From Wallemia ichthyophaga EXF-994 (taxonomy: Eukaryota; Fungi; Basidiomycota), in NCBI RefSeq assembly GCF_000400465.1, contig NW_008806280.1:240001-302000 (forward strand): 62,000 nt of DNA, in the 5' to 3' direction. Below, in pieces: positions 11,299 through 23,882 of this stretch (positions are counted from its first letter, which is position 1; every line of letters starts with the position of its first letter). The position numbers and the translations under genes were made by a program. The notes beneath the pieces are model-generated. The model was not told where the DNA came from and ran no database searches. It saw nothing but the letters and a program-made list of their open reading frames with translations.

Positions 11299-14200
11299 AT
11301 GAAGAGATCAAGAGATAGCGCGTTCAAATCACCGGCGATAAATATAAATTCAAATAAATTTGCAGATAACAGCCACCCGCTCCAGTTCTGGTCTGTCCAA
11401 TGGCGTAATCCTCAGTTCAAGAAACACAAGACGTGGGATGGTGATGGCACGCTGATTGTCAATAGCGGACAAATGATTCTCAAAGATACCAACAGCAGCG
11501 TCATTGGTAGATCTTTCGATAAGAAGAACAGCGTGTTTGAGCCAGGTGCCCACTTTGTTATCGCCGGCAAAGACGTCGAGCTCGATCAACTGCTTAAACA
11601 AGACGCGGCAAAAGAAAACTCACCAAGCAAGCCCAAAGGTATACCAGCTGCTTCTTTTTATACTTCCGCTCCTTCTGCCGCGAAGCCATACAAACCGCCA
11701 TCATTCAGTAAGCCTATGATACCGAGTAAACCTCTGGCAGCAACCAATATTGAGAGCTCCTCGACTTCTGAACCATCTTCACTCGAGCAAAGTGCTTTTC
11801 AGAAACACCCTCCACTCGTTTCTCAAAGCATTTCTCACTCTAATACGCATACCGCACATCCGCCAGCCCCCAAATACGATCCAAACGCCCCAGACGCATT
11901 CGTGATGCCTCAGCTTCCACAAAATATCTTAAATGAACTTAACTACAAGCAGCACCCAGTAGTTGATGTCGTTCTCGATCCACACATCTCATCGAAACTG
12001 CGTCCTCATCAACAGGAAGGTGTTAAGTTTATGTATGAAGCTGTTATGGGTATGCGAGGACATAAGGGCAAAGGTTGCATACTCGCTGATGAGATGGGTC
12101 TCGGTAAGACGCTTCAAGTAATCGCCTTGGTATGGACTCTGTTGAAGCAGAACCCAATCACAAACTCGGGACCCGTCATTGGTAAAGCTATGATAGTCTG
12201 TCCGGTGTCGCTTGTTAATAATTGGCGCAAGGAATTCAGCAAATGGATTGGTCAGTCAAAAATTGGTATCTTCCTTGGCGATAAGGATGTGTCCGAGATC
12301 AAAAAGTTTCAACAGTCGCGTATTCACCAGGTTCTGATTATAGGTTATGAGAAGCTAAGAACAGCAGTCGATGTGCTGAAGTTCTGTCAACCTCAGATAG
12401 GTCTTATCGTATGTGATGAAGGTAAGTGGAATGCAATCAAGAGAAGCATCCTAATAGTACTCTAAGGACATCGTCTAAAGGCGTCAAACAAGACATCACA
12501 AGTGTTTGAAGCGTTCCCTACGCGGCGACGCGTCATTCTGTCTGGTACTCCGATTCAGAATGATTTAGGAGAGTACTACTGTATGGTCAGTAAAAGTTCA
12601 ATACGTACCTGAGCAGACTGACATTCCAAGACTGATTTCTGTAACCCTGGCTTACTCGATAGCTACGCTTCATTTAAGAAGAAGTACGAAACGCCTATTA
12701 TGAGAAGTAGGGCTCCAAATTGTAACAGAAGTGATCTTGAGTTGGGAAGACAACGATCCGAAGCACTCTCAGCCCTCACGAACCAGTTTGTGTTGAGAAG
12801 AACAGCTGAAATACTTGACAACGTTCTACCAACCAAGTCAGAGGTGGGTAGACGTTACAAAGACGATTCAGGCTGACATAATGCTAGTTCGTTGTATGCA
12901 TTGCTCCGACAAAACTTCAATTAGCAATATATAAGCAGTTAGTGCAAGCATCAATCATTCAGAGCGTGTTGGAAAGACTGGGTGGTCAACACTTGAATTT
13001 AATAGGTGTATTGAGGAACTTGTGCAACTCTCCTGGAATTATATACAAGATGATTGAGAATAAACAATCTGAAAGCTACAAAGATTTCAAACTAGATAAT
13101 GTCAAAAACATGTTTCCAAGTAGCGTAAACGCGAATGATATCAATCTTAGTGGGAAGTTGAAAGCATTAGGGAGGTTATTGAAGACACTTAAGACTGAAA
13201 CAGAAGAGAAGATTATTGTTGTTTCAAGTTTTACAGCTACATTAGATGTTATAGAGGTGAGAGTCCCTTTTTTTGGGGGGCTTTATTGACTAAATGTTAT
13301 AGTCTCACTGTCGTCTATGTAAATACAAATTTTGCAGACTCGATGGCTCTACGCCGCAAGCCAAGCGTCAAGAAATAGTAGATGGTTTTAACCGTTCTCC
13401 ACAAGCAGGAAAATTTGTGTTCCTTTTATCAACGAAATCAGGCGGGGTGGGACTCAATCTCATTGGCGCATCACGACTCGTTCTATTTGAGAGTGATTGG
13501 AACCCATCTAACGATTTGCAAGCCATGGCTAGGATTCACAGAGATGGTCAGACGAAACCTGTGTTTATATACCGCTTTCTGACAACGGGAACGATTGATG
13601 AGAAGATATTCCAGAGGCAGTTGACCAAAATCGGACTGTCTAACTCTTTGATGGGGAATACTGTTGAGAAAAAGAACGATACGGATTCTTTCACGGTAGA
13701 AGAACTTCGAGCGTTGTTCAGGATCGATGATGACACAGCTTGCGGGACACACGATTTGCTCGACTGCACTTGTAATCATGGTAGGGTACTTACAGAAGCT
13801 GAGAAAGGTGCTGAGGATGCACAACAAGACGATGAAGAAGAGCCGCAAGGGTTTATCAGCGCCAGTCAACACCAACCCGGAACATCATTAAAGTCAAAGA
13901 GAGACAAACAGGCCAAGATTGCGGCATTGGATGGATGGGATCACGTGGATTGTCTACAGGAGAATCATATGGGGAATTTGGCTGATGATGTGTTGAGAAA
14001 GCTTACAATACACGCTGAGTCACCATTAGTTGCCCAACACAAAGATGATTTCGTTGAAGATACCACAGCTAAGACATCAGACCATCAATTCGAATCATTG
14101 AATGACTATTGCCCGGCCAGTGACGAAGAAGAAGAGCCTGAAGAGGAAAGAAAGGAAGGGGATGTGGAAATCATCGAGCCAGAGCGTAAAGTACAGAAAA

Positions 14201-14307
14201 TAGAGCAACAGGAAGATCCATTCGACATGAACGGATTTCTGCAGGATCAAAATAATGAAGGCAGATTAACATTTGTATTCAAGAAAGTGTCTGGAAGTGT
14301 TGTATAA
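11299..14307 (+). CDS. RDH54: SNF2-family DNA translocase Rdh54/RAD54B, multi-exon
   Basis: N-terminal [52 protein letters not shown] (across intron 12422-12466), [53 protein letters not shown]. Confidence 0.92.
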
Positions 14308-14337
14308 TAGTACAAATTGCATTACAATAATAATTGC

Positions 14338-15339
14338 TTAGGTGGCATCTACAATTATTAGTGGGAGGAAGGGTTAGAAAAACGACTTACATCGGTTCCA
14401 AGTGCCCTGGGTCATCCACTCAGAGTCTGTCCGTCTGCCTGACTTTGGAATATCCTTAGGACCAACTTAGAAAATGTCAGTGAAAATGTATGGTGCGACA
14501 GTCGAATCTCACAGATAGACTTGACGGCGTCGCTTTGGTTTGCATTCTTAGACGTGTTGGACAGCGCATCCGATACTGCCTTTCTAGCGCCTTTTACAAC
14601 ATCAGAGACAGGTGGATCATCGATATTGTCAGCCTTCTTGGCCTTAGGTGTATGTTCAGGCTGATCGGCGGCAGCCTTGCGCTTCTTGCTCTTCTTGCTG
14701 TCAGCCTGCTTCAACCTTGTGGCGTAGAGTTGCTCTTTCATGGCTTCTTCTTCTTCGGGGGGAGGATTAAGCGTGATAAGCTCATCGACATGGTACTCAA
14801 TGCCAGATTCAGGGCACTGACCCGTCTTTGAGCCCTTGTTCATCGACTTCAAACCGCTATCAGAGGCAACAATGCCAGTTTTGGGGAGGTAGACGAATCT
14901 TTGCTTTCCATTCATTTCCTTGAGCGTGATTGGACAAATGAAAGGGGCGTTACTTAGCATAGAATCGCTGTCACGACTGAGGACTTGGTTGAATGAAGGA
15001 TTTGAAGTAAGTTTGAGTTGTTGGACATCTTTTAGAGAGCGTATATGACCACAGATCTTCTGTCCATCGCCGTAGACTGATTTATCGAGGAGAAACTCGA
15101 CAATGGCTTCCTTATTGTAAAGCTTGCCAAGTTGACAGGAAACGACTGGCTGTTTAAGGAGTTTCTTAGACAGAGCACAATAAAACCAGGCTGCTATCCT
15201 AGATATCTCATCGTTCTTCACTTCCGGTTTCTTCTTAGTCTTGACCAATTCTGATCGATAGACAAATGAGCCTCCATCGGCACCCTATCGAGGGCAATTA
15301 AAATTGAGTACAATCAATACTAAAATCCTAGCGTACCAT
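14338..15339 (-). CDS. RTF2: Replication termination factor 2 (Rtf2 RING-like), multi-exon
   Basis: After an ATG-only first exon, spliced MGADGGSFVYRSELVK; CALSKK.L..PVVSC.LGKLYNKEAIVEFLL, FICPITLKEMNG; spliced C-terminus EWMTQGTWNRYAT*. Confidence 0.9.
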
Positions 15340-15404
15340 TTTTATATTTCTTTATTTGTTGATGGTGGCTACTGTGAAAGGAAACCCCTTTATCACGGCC
15401 AGCC

Positions 15405-16421
15405 ATGTCAACCGCGCACAGGTGATTATAAAGAAAAGCACTGAGCCGAGCAACTCTTACATTCCACCGCGCAGACCAACATGGGACCCAGCAGTCGGAC
15501 GAGCAGACACCAAAGCGTACTCGAAGCAGTACTCTGCCAGGGATGCACCAGCGCAGACGAAACTCAAGTTCCGGTGGGTGTGCGAGGTGTATATTACAGC
15601 GTAGGGCATTGTAGTTTACACCACTCTAGTAAGCCCGGTCAGGGAGGTATCGGCGACCAAGATAAGCGCAGAGACTTGCGCCTCGAATTGAACAAGGCAG
15701 AGGAGGAAGCTAATGAAAAGAAACGTAAAGCGCAAGGTTTGTCGTTGGAAGATATTGGCCAGGGTACGGATGACAGCCAGCAGAAAATACCGAAACTTAT
15801 AGACAATCCCGGTGAGGGAGACGCGCATGCTGAGCCATCGACTAGAACACACGAGTCGCAGGCAAGTGAAGACAAGCCTCAGACTTTAGATAAGGATGAA
15901 GAAGCTGATGACGACGAGAGGTGGGTTGCTCACCTTAGCGTTCTATACCGCCTAACATAGCCAAGTGATGACGACTCAGAGGATGATGAGGCTGAGTTGC
16001 TGCGGGAGCTCGACAAAATCAAGCGCGAAAGAGCTGAAGAAAAAGCCAGAAAGGTGAGAAAGTGTTGCTGTTTGTGGTCATCAACTTTCTAACAATTACA
16101 CCACCTAGGACGAGGAGCAAAACAGCGCTAAAGCTGCATCTAGAGAAGAGGAAGTGGCTAGCGGAAATCCTCTACTTAACCTACAGAACGCGTTGGGCGC
16201 TTCTCCATCTTCTACACAGGATACAGGGTTTACTGTGAAACGCAGATGGGATGACGATCTTATCTTCAAGAATCAGGCACTGAATACTTCCGACAAACCA
16301 AAGAAGGAATTCGTTAATGACTTATTGAGGACAGACTGTGAGTATCGCGTGTTTAGTATCCTAACAAAGCTAAAAATATATCCTAGTCCATCGCAAATTC
16401 ATGTACAGATTTATTAAGTGA
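15405..16421 (+). CDS. CWC15: Pre-mRNA splicing factor Cwc15, multi-exon
   Basis: Spliced MSTAHRPTWDPA, QTKLKFR, ELLRELDKIKRER, SGNPLLN, KRRWDDDLIFKNQA, NDLLRTDFHRKFMYRFIK*. Confidence 0.95.
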
Positions 16422-16639
16422 TTTACATACATTCATAATTAATCTATGTTTGTCGGACACTTGTCAAGCTTGAAGCCAACTGTGGTGGATAAATCAAGCC
16501 AGAGAAATCAAGTTCCTGTTTGGTATACGAGCCAAGTAGAAGAAAAACATGTTGAGCATAGCTTAAAGCTGACATGAATCCATCAAACGCTTGAGCTCGA
16601 CATTTTTGCACATACTCAAAAAAGTAATATAAATATCAT

Positions 16640-18073
16640 TCATTCAAAATCTTCAACTAAAGGGTGATTAGAATTGCTAGATAGTTGAGGGACTACTTAC
16701 AACCACACATAAATGCCTTGTGAATACTAGTATCATCCAGGTCAGCGTACAAACTTAGAAATGGACACAGTCTCACCTCATAACCTTGGCGATAAAGGCC
16801 TCAAGATGGAAAATCTGCTTAGAGCCTTTCCTCATTCGATGCTCCTGAGGTGGATAAGATTAAGTCGTGTTTGTTAAATTCTACTCACATAAAATGCTGC
16901 CCAATAGATAAGGTCTGCACGAATGGAATCGTCGACCATTGTAAGAATGACGTCAAGAAGTGTCTGAAGTAGTTGTTAGGAGATTATCAACTCCGGCAAA
17001 GGAAATTCACTTTGAGAATGAGAGTAGGTGGTATGCAATGTGTGATGAGCTCATAAATTTTTCCTCTTACTTTGAGCAAACCGTCTGGAGAAGGATCGCT
17101 TGTAATTTCCTTAGCGACTTGGATGGTATAAGATTGCCAATCAGGCTTGGCAATTTGAACATTTGAATCAAACGACGGAGATTGCATTCTCATTGCTTCA
17201 AGAACCAGCAAAGCTTTGCGAAGATTACCTGTTGATTCTTTGCCGATCTGTTTGGCGACATCCTCAGGCAGCTGGAACTTCTCTTTTTTAGCTACTTGGG
17301 TCAATACGGTTGACATCTGCAAATTTCATTGAGTATGCTTTGTTACTGAATAAATAACTCACCTGTGGAGGTAAGGGAGCGGGGATTCTAACCAACAAGC
17401 ATCGAGATCGAATTGGAGCTATAATCTTGCTCGTTGTTTGAGCACAGAGAATGATACGAAGGTTAGACATGTACTTCTCCATAGTTCTTCTCAAAGCAGC
17501 TTGAGCATCTCTAGAAAGCTGATCAGCTTCGTTAATGATAACGACTAGGCAATCTGTGAGCTAAAACTAGATTTTTTTAGGTAACCAGCTAACCTTTGAA
17601 TCTTTGTTTCGCATTAGCGTCAACTTGCTGTGTTTGGGCAATTTCTTTGAGGATATCCTGTATAATCAGTCTATCATACTGACCAACGTCGGAAGGTGTA
17701 ATTTCAATGTGATAGTTGCTTTGGACGATGTTCACGTCGAGCTTTCTGTTTGAAGGCGTGAGGAAGACGCGCTGATCGATTTTGAGCTTCTCAACACCTG
17801 GACCAAACAGCTCTCTTAAAGTGGCCATAATGCGTGTCTTTCTACCTGCGCCGGTGGGTCCATAGAAAAGCGTGTGGGGAAAATCGCCGGAGCCAGCCAG
17901 GGATCTGATTCTATTTGTAATATCATGATGATAGTCGAGTTCATCAAGCGACTTTGGCCTATACTGAGCAGAATGAGATAAACCAGGCTAATAAACAAGA
18001 ACTATACTTTATCTACGTATAGAGACTGTAAATATTATTAATTTTATATTTTATATTCCATTTTACTTACCAT
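16640..18073 (-). CDS. RFC5: Replication factor C subunit (yeast Rfc5 / human RFC3), multi-exon
   Basis: Spliced MSLYVDKYRPKSL, FPHTLFYGPTGAGRKTRIMA, ALRRTMEKY, PIRSRC, GNLRKALLVLE, EHRMRKGSKQIFHLEAFIAKVM. Confidence 0.94.
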
Positions 18074-18115
18074 TGAGGAGATGACCGTTGCTGTTTACGC
18101 GCTTACGCCCAAGAT

Positions 18116-21100
18116 ATGGCTCATGCACTGGATGAGTTTTCGTATAAGCAATTCATACCTGAGTACGAAATTGGGAATTTAAAGCTCAAAGTGAACCACA
18201 AGTCCAATAGACCGCTTATTCCGATGGTACGTGCGTTTCTCCTGTCCTCCGCTGCTTACCGGTGTGCAGATGTCTAAACTCCGGAGATCTTCTGCGAAAT
18301 CGGGAGCAATGGGAGTGGGATGGAAGCAGATATCTCTAAAGCTCGATTCCATTGGTGGTCTATTTATTCTCGCTGAGGTGAGTGTCAATAGCTCATGGTT
18401 GAGCCTTTAAACTTAAATTCAAAAGGAGGGAACTCCGATTCACTATATTGGCCTTAGTAGCCTGAAAATGACTGATATACGACCTGTCGATTATTCCGTA
18501 TTCACAGTTCCCAACTTAATCGTCATACACACTCATTCTCTCTCTCCAACGCTCCTGATTGGGCAGAATTCTTCCAATCACTCTAACTCTAGCAACTCTA
18601 CATTCGGCCTTCTCAATAACCTCAGGCCCATATCGCCCAAATCCACTCAGCGATCGAGCCCCTCTCCAAACCATCCTCCAAGCCCAAATCCAGACGATCC
18701 ACTTTTTATCGCCTTCCCCACTCGACGGCATATGATAGCTTGGTTGACTCTATTGCGATCATGCACCAAAGCTGACGTTTATCATGCCGGTAAAGACCCT
18801 CACAAAGGTTACTTTCGAATGTCAAGACAAATGTCTCTCTCAATTGTGGAGCTGCGATCCCCGCAGAAAGATGTTCAATCTAACCTTAATGATTATGTCG
18901 AGGACAGCCCGAGTGTTAATGGTAACTCATCCAAAATTAACTCTCTCAATTCGCTGTCTTCATCAAGCTCAGCTGGGCTTACTCCGCCATTACAGCGAAG
19001 AACATCTACCCAATTCACTGAACCTTACAACGATACCTACGAGTGGCACTGTGAGATTTGGGATCCCACAGGACTAGCTTTTAGATCCTCTGCCAAGGTC
19101 GCTTACCATCCATTTTGGAAAGAAGATTGTCTTCTGGTTGATCTACCGAATCTCAACTCTATAACGGTCAAGATATTCAGATCAGTTTCATCATATGCTT
19201 TATCAAAAGGACATTTCACATTGTTTGGTACAGTATTCATACCTCTAAAGGCATATCCAAGATTATCAGAGGTAGACAAATGGTTCAACGTGATTGGCAT
19301 AAACGAAAACACTCTCGAAACTTCTGTCAGGGGAGAATTGAGACTGAAATTGAGGGTTGATGAGGATGTAATCCTGCCCAAAAGCCGTTATGATGAATTG
19401 TTTAGCGTGAGTATAGGTGATTTGTGATTAGTATTATCTCACACCGTCAATTTAGATTATGCAAGGTCAACATAGAGTGAGAGTCATACATGACATCTCT
19501 TCAATATACCCATCTTTGGTGAGTGTATGTGTATATCAATCATCTAGACCAACTGAAACCTTTGCTAGGAACAACTTTCTGATACACTAATCAAAATATA
19601 CTCAATAGATTGCAATTTAATGGTATCTGTAATGAATGATCTTGCTTACAAAGAAATATGGTCATCAAGAGCTGGTAGGTCTGACTCAAAATTCTAATCC
19701 TGGCTAACAACTAGTAGATGAGAATACAATATTTCGGCCAAATACAATATTAACTAAATTAATGGATCGCTATATGAACTTCATGAGTAGACTGACTGGA
19801 TGGTTGGAGGATAGTCTGGGACACCCTATCCGCGAAATGATAGACAAGAAGGTAGAATGTGAATTAGATACAGATAGAAAAGGTGGACCAGCAGACAAAG
19901 ATGAATTGCTTCACTGGGCTGATGTAATTCTCAATAGCATCATAGAATCAAGAGTTGGATGTCCAATTGAGCTTCGAAAGATATTTCATAACATAAGGAA
20001 ACAATGTCATGCAAGATGGAACAAGGCTCAATTAGTAAACTCATTTATCTTTTTAAGACTTTTCGTACCTGCGATTATCAACCCAAATTTATTTGGTTTG
20101 ACCAATGTGTCACCATCACCTGGAGTTTCGCGTACATTAACACTGATTGCGAAAATAATTCAAGCTCTTGCTAATAATAAAGAGGAGATGGGAGATAAGG
20201 AGCACTTTATGGGAGTCGTTTCACCATTTTTACAAGATCATAATAGGAGGTTTGCATTTATTGATTACGTTGCATATGTTGGTAATGAGGATTCAGCTGC
20301 TTCTTACAAGACGAGTGAAGAAATATCAATAAACGAGTTGGCGACTTCTGTTGAGAAAACATCGGATAGGAGATTCAATGATTGCAGTCATGATATATAT
20401 AGGCAGTCTCTACCAAGTTCATACACAGGGATTGATAACTCGAGAGAGTTGGCGTCGTTCACCAACGATCTCAACAAGATATATAACAAAGTGCAGCTAA
20501 ATGAATTGCAAAATAGGGATCATTATTTTAGGAGAAAGTCATTAAATTACGCCACGCTTGAATTGTTTGAAGCAAGTATGGATATACAAGAAGATGCCAG
20601 ACAGATGTGGGAGTCTCGGCAAAGACATAGGAGAAAGGCCAATTCGGCATATGAGTCGTCGAAACCCAACAGAAGCGAATGGTTAAGTGATCAGCAAGAC
20701 TTACGCAGTAGTAGAAAAGTAAGCGTGTCCAGTTCTAGCGCTAGCTTAGAACCGCAAATGAAGCAATCATCGTCGCAGCGCCGTAGAGGATTTACAATCA
20801 CAGGATTGAGTAATGGCAGCAATAATTGGATTCATGATAGTAAACGTAAGAATATTGGCAGTGATAATAAGACAAGTAACAGCAAAAGTAGCGCGACTAA
20901 TAAGAACAATAGTACGGGTAATAATAATACAAGTAATAGTAACACAAGTAATAATAAGAGCAATGGCGCTCATGCTAAGAACAAAGTTGGTAATCGTAAT
21001 CAAAACAGGGACAAGAAGGATTACGTCAATAATGATCCATCGAGATATATGGACCTAGGTAGGGGATTTAATGACTATCAATTCATGCAATACGACAAGG

Positions 21101-21483
21101 AGAAGAGGGAGAAGAAGGGGAAAAAGGAGATGGAGGTGGAGAAGAAGGAGATGGCAAAGAAGGAAGAAAAGGCAAGCCCGCCTAATACACCGGAGTCGAT
21201 GAAGAATTTGAAAATAACACTGGAGAAGTACAGACTTACCCAGGAGGCGGTGGATGATGCACCGTTACCGAAATATCCGTTACCTGTGAGTGACAGTGTG
21301 AGTAGCAATGTGAGCAGCAACGTAAACAGTCACAGCTACGATAACAACGATCGTTCAAAGTCAAGGGCGAGTGTTCGAAACTCAGCGACAAAAGGAGAAG
21401 AGGAGCACAGCAAGGATGACATAAACATTGACAATAAAAAGAAGACAGTCTTCTTCAAATGGACCAAAGGAATAATTGATTAG
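18116..21483 (+). CDS. Ras GTPase-activating protein (PH-like + C2 + RasGAP, Asn/Ser/Lys-rich tail), multi-exon
   Basis: C2 (PFWKED..L.DLP, GELRLKL), arginine-finger region TIFRPNTILTK, FLRLFVPAIINP, RTLTLIAKIIQALAN. The 18116 start is inferred from the first in-frame ATG and manual splicing. Confidence 0.82.
20860..20990 (+). repeat. Low-complexity AAT/AGT-rich coding tract (Asn/Ser/Lys) in the RasGAP tail
   Basis: Translates to DNKTSNSKSSATNKNNSTGNNNTSNSNTSNNKSNG. Confidence 0.6.
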
Positions 21484-21569
21484 GTATAGAGGATATTGAA
21501 CACTTTTTAATCAGCACAGCTTAATAATAAATTTAAGAATGAAAGTATATTTTGTATTATATTAATGTT

Positions 21570-22144
21570 CTACGCATTTAATTCTTCTCTAGTTGGAATG
21601 CCTGTGGGTGATGATAAGTGATGAGATGTGAGCAGTTTCATTAGTAAGTAGACACACCAAGTTCTTCTCTGAGTGGCTTGAGAGCATCAAGGTATTGCTC
21701 ATATTGGCCTTGATTTTCGACCTTCTCCTTTATGCCTTCCTGTATAGTAAAGAATCAGCCAATCAGGTTGTCGGAAAAGAGAAAATGAAAAAACGGACAA
21801 AGATTCTGACAGCAGTGCTAAAGTCGTTAACACGTCTAGAAGCTCTGATTGCAGATTCGCATATTTCAGGAGCAGGTACTAAATCGTAAGCGAAACAGTT
21901 GTTCAATCCTCTTTGCAATTCGAAAAGGTCTTCAACTTGATCGAAGAATGCGGTGTATCTCTTTGTGAAGTCTTCAAAGCTTTCCTCTTCATGTCCAGCG
22001 CTATATTGACGAACTAGGTGTAGAGTCAGCGCTTTGTGGTAAGTGTGCACACGAATAAACACCTTGGGTGATTGGAATTGAAGGCGTTAAGCTAACTCTC
22101 GATAAAGCTCTCGCATTTACTGCTGTTCTAAGTACACCGAACAT
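21570..22144 (-). CDS. COX6: Cytochrome c oxidase subunit 6 (COX5A family), mitochondrial, multi-exon
   Basis: Presequence MFGVLRTAVNARALSR; HEEESFEDF, DLFELQRGLNNCFAYDLVPAPE, AIRASRRVNDFSTAVRIFE; spliced end ELGIPTREELNA*. Confidence 0.94.
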
Positions 22145-22224
22145 TTTTTTAAACAGTTGGTTGGATACAAGAGAGAGAGGTGGGCGTCTTTCGAACGATT
22201 GAGCGATTGAGTGGTTAGATTAGT

Positions 22225-22728
22225 ATGATTGAATGCGTTGTAACTAAAGCTGGTAAAATGAGTAACTACATTCAAGTCATTTTGGGTGGTTTGGAGGTGT
22301 GTTCGTTGGTGTATATTCACACTGACTCACACCCGTACAAAGAAGAAGGAAGTTGTAAAAGTAACAGCTTTGAAAGAAGGTGTAAACCTCGATACATCTA
22401 GTGCACTCGCAGCGAAAGTCATCAGCGTGGTCGAAGTCGCCAAGAGGCAGTCATCGGACGTTTATCAGTATACACGCCTAGTTGAGCATCAAGAGGTTAG
22501 GTTGAACTTGTCAGCAAGTGATATTATAAATGGGAAGAGGTTGGTTGGTTGATTTGGTGTACTTGTACCACTTCTAACCTCAATACAGCCAGACATCGAT
22601 ACCACCACCGACAATTGAAGTCATTCTAAGCAAGCAAGCGTTAGATATCGATAGTGATTATGTGTTAGTGGCTTACTTAGCGTGAAACACTTGACATTAA
22701 CACCACACACAGACTTCAAAAAGACTAA
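22225..22728 (+). CDS. Small Alba-domain nucleic-acid-binding protein (Rpp25/Pop6-like), 4 exons, rebuilt manually
   Basis: Introns 22297-22342, 22540-22588 and a gttagt..cacag intron ending at 22712 give MIECVVTKAGKMSNYIQVILGGLE-KKEVVKVTA...AAKVISVVEVAKRQSSDVYQYTRL...PPPTIEVILSKQALD...YVLQKD*. This matches the recalled Alba pattern GK..NY / A.K.ISV.E..KR...Q.T.L / P.I.I.LSK..LD. Confidence 0.72.
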
Positions 22729-22731
22729 GAT

Positions 22732-23882
22732 CTATAACAGCAAGTTATTTACAGCTTTCTCATCATTCAAGTTTTCATCAAAATCGTAAGGTAGAAGCGA
22801 TGCAACTGTTGTCGTGTCAGCATGTTTAGCAGATATCACTTAACACAACACTTACAAGTCAAGTACGACGTGTGACCTCTTGTATCCATGAAAGGACGAC
22901 TGAGCAGTGTGCTTCTGTCATCGATATTACTACTGGTTTCGTCTAGTTTGCGTTTGCTCGTTTGTTCGCTTTCAACACTGATATTGACGGGCTGGTTGAG
23001 AGATTCATCGCCAGCCTCACCGCCAGCCTCATTAAGTTTCAATTCAAGCTTTTTCTGGGCTGCAGCAATCTGTTGCTGCCTTCTAAACTCCTTTTTCTTT
23101 AGTATGGCTTTCAACTTATTCGTGACGTCGTTTATATTTGGAAGATGAGTGTAAGAGGTGTCGTAATTTCTAGAGAGAACTTCAAACATGGTAACGTTGG
23201 TAAAGCCATTCGAGTTGAGAGTGGTTGTAGTTTTAAGTACCTGTTCAATACACGGACTGAAGCAGCAAATTCTGCTAATTTTGTCATTACGGAGGGATTT
23301 CTTTGCATGCGGGATAGCTAGCCAAGGCATGGGTAGGTCTAGAAAGATGGAGTCTATAGAGTTGTTAAGGTGTGAAGGGAAGCCGTCTTTGCAGCTATCT
23401 CTGTGATAGACGTTGATGATATCAGATAAACCGTGTTGATTGAACTCTGATTGAGCCTTCTGGCATCTAGATTGATGATATTCGAAGGAGTGGAGCTGGC
23501 CACGGGTACCAATAGATCTAGCAACTGAATGACTGAAACTACCTGAACCAGTACCTGATTCGATGACTTTTGAACCCGGTTTAATGTTTAAAGTGAGAAG
23601 AATGAAGCTAATATCCGTGTTGTATAGGATCTGAGTTCTATGAGGGAGAGCTAGAGTCCATAACTCCGGAGAAGGCTTGAGTAAGTGAATAAAGCCTCTG
23701 TTGTTATTTGAACTAAGTTTATCACCAAAGCATCTACCAATGATATCTTTATGCTTAAAATTACCAAATTTATTTTGAAATATTTTATCCTCCTCAACTC
23801 GAATAAGTGATAATTGATCTCTAGTTAACCAAATGATAACCAAATCATTCTCTTTAATTACCGATTCCTTATTATTTATCAT
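22732..23882 (-). CDS. TRM61: tRNA (adenine-58-N1)-methyltransferase catalytic subunit, 2 exons
   Basis: IKENDLVIIW, PSPELWTLALPHRTQILY..DIS, VIESGTGSGSFSHS, FLDLPMPW, CCFSPCIEQV, GHTSYLTFA after splicing. Confidence 0.95.

Noticed and set aside
16443-16635. Minus-strand stop-free frame EYVQKCRAQAFDGFMSALSY...
   Set aside because: No suitable start or promoter space directly behind the RFC5 stop, and no recognisable homology.
22286-22552. ORF-track 88-aa protein starting MVWRCVRW
   Set aside because: It is exon 2 of the Alba gene plus intron sequence, not a gene of its own.
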